Virus record (IMG/VR): IMGVR_UViG_3300045988_142974
Coordinates: 96,001 to 160,000 of that record
Strand: one strand, 5' to 3'
From: a virus
DNA: 64,000 nucleotides
Position 1 is the first letter of the stretch; each line of letters starts with the position of its first letter. Positions 34,291 through 43,276 of the stretch are shown here, one piece after another. The notes below the pieces were generated by a model. It was given only the letters and a program-made list of their open reading frames with translations. It was not told where the DNA came from and did not search any database. A program made the position numbers and the translations under genes.

Positions 34291-36489
34291 ATGAGAGTAT
34301 TACTTTTATTAAGAGGCTCTGCTGGTTGTGGAAAATCAACTTGGATTGAGCAGAATGGATTAAAGTCATATGCATTATCAGCGGATGATATTAGATTACT
34401 GTGTCAGAGTCCAGTATTACAACCTGATGGAACAGTAGGGATTAGTCAGAGTAATGATAAAACCGTTTGGAAGACATTGTTTAATTTACTTGAAATTCGT
34501 ATGCAGAAAGGTGAGTTTATAGTAATTGATGCTACAAATTCAAAAACATCTGAGATAAACAGATATAAGCAGATGTGTGAAACATACAGATATAGGATGT
34601 ATTGTGTCGATTTTACAGATATTCCAATTGAAGAAGTAAAGAAAAGAAATGTCAACAGAGAGGAATTAAAGAGAGTTCCTGATGAAGCAATCGAAAAAAT
34701 GTATTCACGTTTCAAGACTCAGAAAATTCCTTCTGGTATTAAGGTAATTAAGCCAGATGAGTTAGATTCTATTTGGATGAAGTTATTTGATTTATCTGAA
34801 TATAAGAAAATTCATCATATCGGAGACGTTCATGGTTGCTATACAGCGTTAAAGAAATATATTGATGACAATGGCGGTATTAAAGATGATGAATTTTACA
34901 TCTTCTGCGGTGATTATGTAGATAGAGGTATTGAAAATGCTGATGTTGTTAAGTATCTGATTTCTATTAAGGATAAGAAAAATGTCCTTATGCTTGAAGG
35001 AAATCATGAAAGATGGCTTTGGTTATGGGCTAATGATTGTACAAGTAAGTCTAAAGAATTTGAACTTGTAACAAAGCCACAGTTAGAAGAAGCAAAGATT
35101 GATAAAAAGGATGTACGTCAGCTTTATAGAAAATTTGGACAGTGTGCTTATTATAGATATGGAGAAAATATTTATTTAGTAACTCATGCAGGTTTAAGTG
35201 TATTACCAGATAATCTTACATTTGTTGCAACAGATCAGATGATTCATGGAGTTGGTAATTACAATGATTTTGAAAAAATTGCAGAGACATTTGCTGAAAA
35301 AATGCCATCAAATTATTATCAAATTCATGGTCATAGAAACACTAAACAAGTTCCAATTCGTGTGAATGATAGAGTATTTAATCTTGAAGGAAGAGTTGAA
35401 TTTGGTGGGAATTTAAGATGTGTTCAGCTTGATAAAGATGGTATGTACGAAATAGAAATTCATAATGAAGTATTCAAAACACCCGAAATGAGAGAAGAAC
35501 AGAGTGTAACAAATAGTTCTGTTGCTGATGTAATTATTTCATTAAGAGCAAATAGATACATTCAGGAAAAGAAATTTGGTAATATTTCTTCTTTCAATTT
35601 TACGAACAAGGCTTTTTACGACAAGGTATGGGACGAGCAGACTACAAAAGCAAGAGGTTTATATCTTGACACATTTAAGGGAAAGGTAGTAGCAAGGGCT
35701 TATGATAAGTTCTTTAACATCAACGAGCGACCAGAAACAAAATTTGATATGCTACAGAATAAGCTTCAATTCCCTGTTACAGCATATGTAAAAGAAAATG
35801 GTTATTTAGGTATTGTAAGCTACGATGAATACAATGATGATTTATTTATTGCAAGTAAATCTACTATTGACAGTCAGTTTGCACAATGGCTCAAAGAAGC
35901 TATTTACAATCAGATTACAGAAGAAAATAGAGAAAAAATGAAACAGTATGCGAAAGATAATAATGTGTCATTTGTATTTGAAAATGTTGATATGAAAAAT
36001 GATCCGCATATTATTGAATATCTTGAAAGTAAGTTATATCTATTAGATATTGTTTATAATCAGATGGATTTTGCTAAATATGATTATGAAACTATGTGTG
36101 ATATTGCTCATCAGCTTGGATTAACTCCAAAAGAAAAAGCATTTGAGATTGCTAATTGGCAGGATTTTTATGATTGGTACTATGATATTCTTGAAGAGGA
36201 TTATGAATACAATGGTAGAAAAATTGAGGGATTTGTAATCGAAGATAGTGTTGGATATATGACAAAACTGAAGCTTGCATATTATAACTTTTGGAAGTTT
36301 ATGAGAGCAATTTCACATGAAGCTATTAGAAATGGATATATTAAAAAGACATCTGCTTTAACAACTCCTATTGCTAATGAGTATTATGCATGGGTAAGAA
36401 AGTTGCATGATGTCGATGATATTGATTCAATTCCAAAAGATATTTGTACATTGAGAAGATTATTTTTTAAAGACAAATTAGGAGAATAA
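34291..36489 (+). CDS. trifunctional RNA repair enzyme: polynucleotide kinase - metallophosphoesterase - RNA ligase (Pnkp-like)
   Basis: P-loop GSAGCGKST; calcineurin-type phosphatase motifs GDVHGC, GDYVDRG, GNHE, HGHRN; C-terminal ligase lysine motif VKENGYLG (KxxG, Rnl1/Trl1-like). Confidence 0.8.
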   Translation: MRVLLLLRGSAGCGKSTWIEQNGLKSYALSADDIRLLCQSPVLQPDGTVGISQSNDKTVWKTLFNLLEIRMQKGEFIVIDATNSKTSEINRYKQMCETYRYRMYCVDFTDIPIEEVKKRNVNREELKRVPDEAIEKMYSRFKTQKIPSGIKVIKPDELDSIWMKLFDLSEYKKIHHIGDVHGCYTALKKYIDDNGGIKDDEFYIFCGDYVDRGIENADVVKYLISIKDKKNVLMLEGNHERWLWLWANDCTSKSKEFELVTKPQLEEAKIDKKDVRQLYRKFGQCAYYRYGENIYLVTHAGLSVLPDNLTFVATDQMIHGVGNYNDFEKIAETFAEKMPSNYYQIHGHRNTKQVPIRVNDRVFNLEGRVEFGGNLRCVQLDKDGMYEIEIHNEVFKTPEMREEQSVTNSSVADVIISLRANRYIQEKKFGNISSFNFTNKAFYDKVWDEQTTKARGLYLDTFKGKVVARAYDKFFNINERPETKFDMLQNKLQFPVTAYVKENGYLGIVSYDEYNDDLFIASKSTIDSQFAQWLKEAIYNQITEENREKMKQYAKDNNVSFVFENVDMKNDPHIIEYLESKLYLLDIVYNQMDFAKYDYETMCDIAHQLGLTPKEKAFEIANWQDFYDWYYDILEEDYEYNGRKIEGFVIEDSVGYMTKLKLAYYNFWKFMRAISHEAIRNGYIKKTSALTTPIANEYYAWVRKLHDVDDIDSIPKDICTLRRLFFKDKLGE

Positions 36490-36493
36490 ATAT

Positions 36494-36988
36494 ATGAAGA
36501 TAGAATTAATCAAATTAAAATTCAATGATACTTGTACATATAAGCATAAGCCATTCACTTATTGCTGTGATGAAATTCAAAATGATAAGGCTATTGTATT
36601 TACAGGTGAAGATTTAGTATGCAACGATACTTTTGGATTAGTAGTAAGAGATTCAGATGATAATATAATTCCTCAATTTTGTACTTCATATACTGAAACA
36701 TTTACCTCTTGGGGAGATGAATACGAACAGACAGACAATTATCCAATTCAGTTTTGTCCTCATTGCGGAGAGAAGATTGAAATTTCTGTTATAGAGGAGA
36801 TTGATGTGTCTGATAAGTACAATGAACTGACTAAGCAACGTGAAGAATTATGGAAGAAGTGTCAGAGAACGGATAGTAAGAAGAAAGAATTTGAATTAAG
36901 AGAGCAGGTTGAAAAACTTGATAAACAGATTGATAGTTTCTATTGGTTAGATGAGTGGAAAGGAGAATATTACTATGGCAGTATTTAA
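36494..36988 (+). CDS. hypothetical protein (zinc-ribbon CPHCG)
   Basis: ORF track. Confidence 0.55.
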   Translation: MKIELIKLKFNDTCTYKHKPFTYCCDEIQNDKAIVFTGEDLVCNDTFGLVVRDSDDNIIPQFCTSYTETFTSWGDEYEQTDNYPIQFCPHCGEKIEISVIEEIDVSDKYNELTKQREELWKKCQRTDSKKKEFELREQVEKLDKQIDSFYWLDEWKGEYYYGSI

Positions 36989-37250
36989 AAATTTCAAAGA
37001 TGATGAGTTAATCGTAAGCTGTAAATGTGGATGTGATAAAGGTATTCACCTTAAGATTCATGACTATGAAGATGGGGATTATGCTTTCTTAACATATACA
37101 AACGGTAATTTTTATACTCAGCAAAGACCATTCTTTGAGAAGTTGAAGAAAATTTGGGCGATTATTTGTAATAAGGATTTCTATTATTCTGATGTTGTAA
37201 TGACAAAGGATGATTTTAAAGAGTTTAAGGAATGGGTAAATAGAAAGTAG
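36975..37250 (+). CDS. hypothetical protein
   Basis: ORF track, trimmed to MAVFKNF after AAAGGAG. Confidence 0.55.
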   Translation: MAVFKNFKDDELIVSCKCGCDKGIHLKIHDYEDGDYAFLTYTNGNFYTQQRPFFEKLKKIWAIICNKDFYYSDVVMTKDDFKEFKEWVNRK

Positions 37251-37356
37251 AGTCACAGTAAATTCAGGTTTCCTTTGTATACAAAGAGAAAAATTAAAGC
37301 AATGATAAAATCAATGATTTTTATTAACTATAAAATATAAGAGAGGTGAACGATTA

Positions 37357-37986
37357 ATGTCTTTAGCATATAAAAATGACACGTACAACAACTATAATGG
37401 CGAATATGAAATGGGTTCATTAAATAAATTTGCACAAGCAGAAAGAAGATTGTCAACAAAGAAACAAGTATTGGATGATATGAAGAATGAATATGACCTT
37501 ATTGAACAACAAACATTTCGCATTTATAAAGAGAATATTCAGTATATGCTACTTGATCAGCCATCTACTATTAAAACGTGTAGAGAATGGTTAAATATGT
37601 TATCAAAGAATCAGGATACTGATGGTAACAAGCTTGATAAAAGAAAGAAGTATAAAGAAAAGGAAACATATGATTGGTATATTAATTATATTAAAAAGCT
37701 TCTTGATATTGAGTATATGAATGATGTTAAATTCATTGATTTTAATTTCGGTCAAGCTACTAATATTCAGTTTGAATATAAAGAGCATAATTGGTGTTTA
37801 GAAATTCCTCATATTAAAGCTATCAAATTAGATGCATATAAGAATTATGGTGGTAGTGTATTTAAACTTGCGTTAGTACACAATGATACAGAATATAGTT
37901 GTAGTTGGTCGCAGTTTGGCTCTACATATGAGGAAGATGAATTAAGAGATATTATGACACAAGGTATTGAGAAATATTGTAATTAG
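37357..37986 (+). CDS. hypothetical protein
   Basis: ORF track. Confidence 0.55.
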   Translation: MSLAYKNDTYNNYNGEYEMGSLNKFAQAERRLSTKKQVLDDMKNEYDLIEQQTFRIYKENIQYMLLDQPSTIKTCREWLNMLSKNQDTDGNKLDKRKKYKEKETYDWYINYIKKLLDIEYMNDVKFIDFNFGQATNIQFEYKEHNWCLEIPHIKAIKLDAYKNYGGSVFKLALVHNDTEYSCSWSQFGSTYEEDELRDIMTQGIEKYCN

Positions 37987-38045
37987 TGGGTGATAACTTC
38001 ACAGGAAAGCAACATATCATCCGATTTAAGAAAGGACAAGTACAA

Positions 38046-38525
38046 ATGAATTTGAATAAAATTAGAAGTGAAGATTTGATTTTTAGTAATGAAATTGAAG
38101 ACGATAGAACTAATACATATCTTACACTAAATGATTATGATTGGATGAATTATAATCTGTCTACTCGTTTTAGAACAGAAGAGATGGGTGTATTAGAAGT
38201 CGAGTTTGAATTTTGTGGTTTTTCTACTTCACAAATGAATGTAAAACAGACATTAAATGGTAAGGTTCAGGAAATTACATATGAATATCCAACAGATATT
38301 TTCAGTAAAAATTTGATTAGGTTCTTAGAAAAACATATCAGATACTGGAATGAAAAATACGCATTTAATGGCGAAGAAGAAGTTATAGATTTCTTTAATG
38401 AAGTTCTCGATAAAGGGACTGTCAAAGATGTTGCTGAAATCAATAAAAATGACAACAGACCACAATGCTGCATAGATCACGATAAGTATTTTTCAACATG
38501 TGACACTTGTGAGTTTGGAGAATAA
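38046..38525 (+). CDS. hypothetical protein (track start 37986 GTG; ATG 38046 has the better SD)
   Basis: ORF track. Confidence 0.5.
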   Translation: MNLNKIRSEDLIFSNEIEDDRTNTYLTLNDYDWMNYNLSTRFRTEEMGVLEVEFEFCGFSTSQMNVKQTLNGKVQEITYEYPTDIFSKNLIRFLEKHIRYWNEKYAFNGEEEVIDFFNEVLDKGTVKDVAEINKNDNRPQCCIDHDKYFSTCDTCEFGE

Positions 38526-38553
38526 CAAAAAATTATAAAGGAGAATATTAAAC

Positions 38554-38865
38554 ATGGAAACAATTTTAAGATTATTAGCAGAGAACCCAGAAAGTTTAGG
38601 AGAGGTAGTAAAGACATACATTACAAAGTATAAAGAGCCTGTATATGATGTTCTGAAGGAACTCATGATTATTGCAAAGGATTATTCTGAGAATACTGAA
38701 TATCCTGCAATTCAGGCGAGAACCAAGAAGAATATGTTTGATGCATATGTAAGTGTTGGTTTTACAGAGGATCAGGCATTAGCACTTATGATTAACGATA
38801 ATATTCAGCTTATGAAGAACATTCAGAAGTCAGTTAATAATACTTCCGTAAAGAAGAGTAAGTAA
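38554..38865 (+). CDS. hypothetical protein
   Basis: ORF track. Confidence 0.55.
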   Translation: METILRLLAENPESLGEVVKTYITKYKEPVYDVLKELMIIAKDYSENTEYPAIQARTKKNMFDAYVSVGFTEDQALALMINDNIQLMKNIQKSVNNTSVKKSK

Positions 38866-39074
38866 TGGTTTCGCAGTAAACCAATCTTTCTTTTGAAAAT
38901 TTTTAATCATATCTAAGCCATTCGGCTATGGGAATCCCAGTAACAAGGAAAAATAATATTTTCTTATAGTGGTTGCAAACACTAGGAAAATCAATAATTT
39001 TATAATACAGAAAGGTATAAATAGTAAACCTATAGGTAATTTAGATTGCGCAATCTCTATGTAAATAAGAGATT
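38866..39074 (+). promoter_or_regulatory. structured leader of the PP-loop gene
   Basis: Contains the hairpin TGGTTT-CGCAGT-AAACCA (38866-83) followed by TCTTTCTTTTG, the hairpin AGCC-ATTC-GGCT (38916-27), and SD-like AAAGG (39010-14) 61 nt before the ATG. Also has palindromes CCTATAGG (39029-36) and AGATTGCGCAATCT (39043-56), and the stem AATCTCT/AGAGATT (39052-58/39068-74) abutting the ATG. Confidence 0.4.
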
Positions 39075-40124
39075 ATGAACAATGAAAATAAAAATACTAA
39101 TTCATCAGAGTTTAAACATACAAAAGACGATTTGGCTCGTCTTATGAGTATGTCTCTCAATGAAAAAGTTGGTGTCACACAAGCACGAACTATGGAATGG
39201 TATGTCCATTATAATAAAAAGTGTTATGTGTCATTTTCAGGTGGCAAGGATAGTACAGTTCTTGCATACATAGCTGCACAAGTTTGTTACTTATTTAAGT
39301 GTAAGCTTGTTCTTTGGTTTTCTGATACAGGATTGGAATTTCCTGAATTAAGAGAACATGTCAAAACTTATGGAGATTGGTTGATGAAACAATTTCCTGG
39401 TTCAGAAGGTTTTCCACCATTAGTAGTTGAAACAATTATAGATCCACCAAAAGACAGAAAAGGAAAGAGAATAGTATTTAAGGATGTGATTCTTAATCAA
39501 GGATATCCAATTCTTAGTAAAAATATCAGTAGACAGATTGGTGATGTCCAGAGATTAGGACAAGACTGTTGGGCTGCAAGATGTTTCGATGGCAGAGAAA
39601 CAGGAATGTATGACATGAGAAAGTGGAAATTTGTCATAGATGCACCATTTAAAGTATCAAATAAATGTTGTGACATTATGAAGAAACGACCAGCTCATCG
39701 TTTTACAAAAGAGTCTGGACTTATGCCATTAGTTGCAACAATGACTTGTGAAAGTAAGCAGAGAAAAACAGAGTGGTTACATAATGGATGTAATGCATTT
39801 GATAAGAAAAATCCAAGCAGTCAGCCAATGAGTTTTTGGACTGAGCAAGATGTACTTAAATTTATAGTGAGATACGACCTTCCTTATCCATCTGTATATG
39901 GTGAGATAAAGCAGAATGAAAAAGGAGAATATTATACTACAGGATATAGTCGTACAGGCTGTATGTTCTGTGCATATGGTTGTCATTTAGAGAAAGAACC
40001 GAATAGATTTCAGATGCTAAAGCAGACACATCCTAAGATTTGGGAGTATTGTATGAAACCTGTATCCGAAGGTGGGCTTGGAATGAAAACAGTCTTGGAA
40101 TTTATTGGTGTTAAGTTCGAGTAA
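39075..40124 (+). CDS. PP-loop ATP-pyrophosphatase / PAPS-reductase-family protein (DndC/IbrA-like)
   Basis: SFSGGKDSTV PP-loop; C-terminal Cys cluster GCMFCAYGC. Confidence 0.75.
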   Translation: MNNENKNTNSSEFKHTKDDLARLMSMSLNEKVGVTQARTMEWYVHYNKKCYVSFSGGKDSTVLAYIAAQVCYLFKCKLVLWFSDTGLEFPELREHVKTYGDWLMKQFPGSEGFPPLVVETIIDPPKDRKGKRIVFKDVILNQGYPILSKNISRQIGDVQRLGQDCWAARCFDGRETGMYDMRKWKFVIDAPFKVSNKCCDIMKKRPAHRFTKESGLMPLVATMTCESKQRKTEWLHNGCNAFDKKNPSSQPMSFWTEQDVLKFIVRYDLPYPSVYGEIKQNEKGEYYTTGYSRTGCMFCAYGCHLEKEPNRFQMLKQTHPKIWEYCMKPVSEGGLGMKTVLEFIGVKFE

Positions 40125-40137
40125 AAAGAGGTGCAAT

Positions 40138-40323
40138 ATGAAAAGATATGAACTTTATATTACTGGTAAAAGAACTATCGACTTAGAAGATTATAAAGAT
40201 ATTGGCGAGTATGTAAATAATATCATTGAAGGAAATGGCGAAGAAGATGGATATCAGGATTTAGACGAACTTTTGGATGATATGGAATACGAGACATTAA
40301 ACTATAGGAAAATTGTTTGTTAA
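40138..40323 (+). CDS. small acidic hypothetical protein
   Basis: ORF track, trimmed to MKRYELY. Confidence 0.5.
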   Translation: MKRYELYITGKRTIDLEDYKDIGEYVNNIIEGNGEEDGYQDLDELLDDMEYETLNYRKIVC

Positions 40324-40553
40324 ATATTAAAATTTGGCAAGAAATTTTTCTTTCTTGGGAGGTGATTAATATATTTCATAGAGAGAGAACTAAAGTCGAA
40401 AATGGATGCGATTGTTGGGGAAAACCGGAATATGATGATGTATATGAAGTTTATTATAATGATGAATTTGTATGTCGTATGTCAAGTGATCCAATAGTAT
40501 TGGTGGATAAGATAAATGATGTTTTAATTAATTATAGGAGAATGACTATATAG
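40317..40553 (+). CDS. hypothetical protein (real start probably a non-ATG codon just after SD GGGAGGTGAT at 40360-40369)
   Basis: ORF track. Confidence 0.4.
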   Translation: MLNIKIWQEIFLSWEVINIFHRERTKVENGCDCWGKPEYDDVYEVYYNDEFVCRMSSDPIVLVDKINDVLINYRRMTI

Positions 40554-40599
40554 GATAGCTAATTGATAAAACAGTATTATGAAAATCGGAGGGAAAAGA

Positions 40600-40803
40600 A
40601 TGAAAAGAGGAGATATTATTGAATTAATTGAGGATACAACATTTTATAAAAAAGGTAAGAAGGCTTATTTTATTGGTAGATCGAATTTTAATCCTAATAA
40701 TATCGAAATTGTTTGGGTTGGTGAAGAACAAGCTTATAAAGATGGCGATATAGATGAATTTCCAGCTAGATTGTTTAAGCAGGTGGAACATGGCGATAGG
40801 TGA
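40600..40803 (+). CDS. hypothetical protein
   Basis: ORF track, trimmed to MKRGDII. Confidence 0.5.
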   Translation: MKRGDIIELIEDTTFYKKGKKAYFIGRSNFNPNNIEIVWVGEEQAYKDGDIDEFPARLFKQVEHGDR

Positions 40804-41077
40804 TGGAAGAAAAACATATTCCGACAGTACATTAAAATCTATAACAAAAGATAAACTGATTGATATTATTCGCTGCTTAGAAAGTAATCTCAGAAATGCT
40901 TATGAGACAAATGATATTCAGTATGAGCATTGTAAGAGGTTACTGAGTGAAGAGAAGAATAAAACTCTTGATGAAGTTCTAAAGGCTTGTGACATTGAAT
41001 GTGGACTTTATAGTGGTGATGTTAAAAATCTTACAAGACATGTTTTGATGAGAGTATTAGATAGATTGAGAGAATAA
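40790..41077 (+). CDS. hypothetical protein
   Basis: ORF track, trimmed to MAIGDG. Confidence 0.5.
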   Translation: MAIGDGRKTYSDSTLKSITKDKLIDIIRCLESNLRNAYETNDIQYEHCKRLLSEEKNKTLDEVLKACDIECGLYSGDVKNLTRHVLMRVLDRLRE

Positions 41078-41106
41078 ATGTAAATAAAATAGAAAGGATA
41101 TAGAGT

Positions 41107-41838
41107 ATGTATACAGAGCAGAACAGAGGGTTTACTGTGATAACAAATTTTGGATGTGATTGCCATTGTAAATATTGTATTACAAAGCATCATCCAATTT
41201 TGCAAAATGCGGTAACTGATAAAAATAAAATAGATTGGGAGCATTTAGAGAAGTGTATTTCTGAATCAAATGCACCTACTGTTAATTTATCAGGTGGTGG
41301 AGATCCATTTTATGATTGGCAGAATAATATTGATTTTTACAATCATATGTATGAACTGGCTACAAAATATGGAAAGAAGCTAGATATACATACTCGTATT
41401 CTTCCTACAGATATGGATTTGATTAAAAAGTTTAGAAAGATTGCCTTAAGCATTGAGCCTTACGATACAAGAGCAATGGAACGATTGCAAGTCATATTAC
41501 CTGAGATTGAGAAAACTACTAAGTTGAGAGTTATTAATGTACTAAATGAAAGAATGACTACAGAAGATTGTCTTGATTATATAAACAAGATGCACAATAT
41601 TGGTGTTAAGCAGATTACGTTTAGACAGATGTTTGGTAATAAAAATGCATATCAGAACTTCTTAAATATCAAAAACACCATCAATATTCCAGGTGTTATG
41701 TTCCTACCAGATGGTGAATATCATCATTACTATTTCACAACCAATAACAAGCTTTATCCATATTTCTTTGGTTATACAGAGAATGATAGAAAGGTGTGGA
41801 TGAAGAAATATGAAGAAATTGAACAATATTGTGGTTGA
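41107..41838 (+). CDS. radical SAM enzyme (small, 243 aa)
   Basis: CDCHCKYC (CxxxCxxC) 15 aa from the N-terminus; SGGGDP SAM-binding motif. Confidence 0.75.
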   Translation: MYTEQNRGFTVITNFGCDCHCKYCITKHHPILQNAVTDKNKIDWEHLEKCISESNAPTVNLSGGGDPFYDWQNNIDFYNHMYELATKYGKKLDIHTRILPTDMDLIKKFRKIALSIEPYDTRAMERLQVILPEIEKTTKLRVINVLNERMTTEDCLDYINKMHNIGVKQITFRQMFGNKNAYQNFLNIKNTINIPGVMFLPDGEYHHYYFTTNNKLYPYFFGYTENDRKVWMKKYEEIEQYCG

Positions 41839-42238
41839 TCCATATCTTAATGATGATATGTGTATAGATCGCTTGGTTGAAAATTGGAAACTACACAATG
41901 GAATAATAATTGCATTTGATTTTGATAATACAATTTTTGATTACTATGACAAAGGATATAGGTATGACAAAGTTATTACTCTATTAAGAGAATGTAAAGA
42001 TATGGGATGTACATTGATTCTCAGTACATGTTGTGACGAATCAAAATTTGAATTTATGGAGAATAAATGTATAGAGGTTGGAATTCATATTGATTACATA
42101 AATGACTCACCACCTTATATCCCTTTCACTGGCAATAAAATCTATTACAACATTATGTTAGACGATAGAGCTGGTTTGAGTGCAGCTTATAAAATTTTGT
42201 ATGAGACAAAGGAGAGAATTAAAAATGAAACATTTTGA
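41810..42238 (+). CDS. HAD-superfamily hydrolase-like protein
   Basis: AFDFDNT (DxDxT) motif and a late MLDD motif; overlaps both neighbouring genes. Confidence 0.55.
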   Translation: MKKLNNIVVDPYLNDDMCIDRLVENWKLHNGIIIAFDFDNTIFDYYDKGYRYDKVITLLRECKDMGCTLILSTCCDESKFEFMENKCIEVGIHIDYINDSPPYIPFTGNKIYYNIMLDDRAGLSAAYKILYETKERIKNETF

Positions 42239-43202
42239 ATTAGTAAAAGAGTACGCATATCCAAGTGGTAGTGTTTATGTTCTTTATAATAAAGAAAAGA
42301 ATTTCTACATTGAAACTACTTCTATGCAGGATGTAAATACAAAAGGAAAATCTCAGGAAATCATTATGACAGATGATGCAGATTTGATTAAAAAGAATCT
42401 CGTTCCGTTTGAGGAAAAGTGGCTTACAGCGATTAGTACACAGTACGGATGTCCACAGCATTGTCAGTTCTGTTTAGTACCAGAGTTAGGATTTCACGGA
42501 AATCTTTCTACAGAAGAAATGTGGGAACAGCTTGAATTTGTATTTAATCAGCATCCACAGGTCACAAAGAGCGACAAGATTAAAGTGGGCTTTGCACGTA
42601 TGGGAGAACCACAATATAACTGGAAAAATATTTTACAGGTAATGAGAGATATGAAAACTTATAGAGAAGGATTTACTTTCTTGCCTTGCTACAACACAAT
42701 TCTTCCTAAAGTGAAAGTATTTGGTAAGAGTCCAGTTGATGTTCTGAAGGACGAAGTTATGTCTGTAAAAGAGTATCTTGACGGATTTATGCACATTCAA
42801 ATTTCAACAAATAGCACAAATGAAGATGAGAGAAAGTATCTGTTTGGTGGTGCTGATGTTGTAACTATCGAAGAGATGAAGAAAGAATTTAATAATATGC
42901 CGAATAACAATAGACTTATCACTCTGAATTTTATTTGTGGAGCAGGATGGGAACTTGATCCAAACAAGTTATATGGTCTTGATCCGAATGTGTTTTGTGT
43001 TAAAATTACACCTCTTAATACAACGACAGCTACTAAGGAGCATGGTCTTGAAGATGCAATTCAGTGGAATTGGGAGAATATGAATAAGATTAAAGAAAAG
43101 GTTGAGAGTTGTGGTCTAAAGGTAGTTGTAGATGTAGCTGCTAAAGCAGAATTACCATTATGCTGTGGTAACTTGGTTCAGGATTATAAAAAGAATAGAT
43201 AG
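42225..43202 (+). CDS. RlmN/Cfr-family radical SAM RNA methyltransferase-like protein
   Basis: Hand alignment to E. coli RlmN: ISTQYGCPQHCQFCLVPELGFHGNLS (versus [25 protein letters not shown]), RMGEPQ (versus GMGEPL), and C-terminal PLCCGNL (versus AACGQL). Confidence 0.6.
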   Translation: MKHFELVKEYAYPSGSVYVLYNKEKNFYIETTSMQDVNTKGKSQEIIMTDDADLIKKNLVPFEEKWLTAISTQYGCPQHCQFCLVPELGFHGNLSTEEMWEQLEFVFNQHPQVTKSDKIKVGFARMGEPQYNWKNILQVMRDMKTYREGFTFLPCYNTILPKVKVFGKSPVDVLKDEVMSVKEYLDGFMHIQISTNSTNEDERKYLFGGADVVTIEEMKKEFNNMPNNNRLITLNFICGAGWELDPNKLYGLDPNVFCVKITPLNTTTATKEHGLEDAIQWNWENMNKIKEKVESCGLKVVVDVAAKAELPLCCGNLVQDYKKNR

Positions 43203-43276
43203 GAAGAAAGATTCGTTTCTTGTGAAAATCTAAACAGAGAATATATCTATAGATTAAATGTTTGGAGGAAAAGACA

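Noticed and set aside
725-38525. Many proteins end in -Gly-Glu-stop with the DNA GGAGAATAA/GGAGAATGA (735, 33501, 33757, 34040, 36489, 38525)
   Set aside because: The GGAG of these codons serves as the SD of the immediately following gene (start 1-9 nt later). This is translational coupling in compact operons, not a C-terminal protein signal. The AGAGAATAA variant is treated separately because it is not followed by a start at SD distance.
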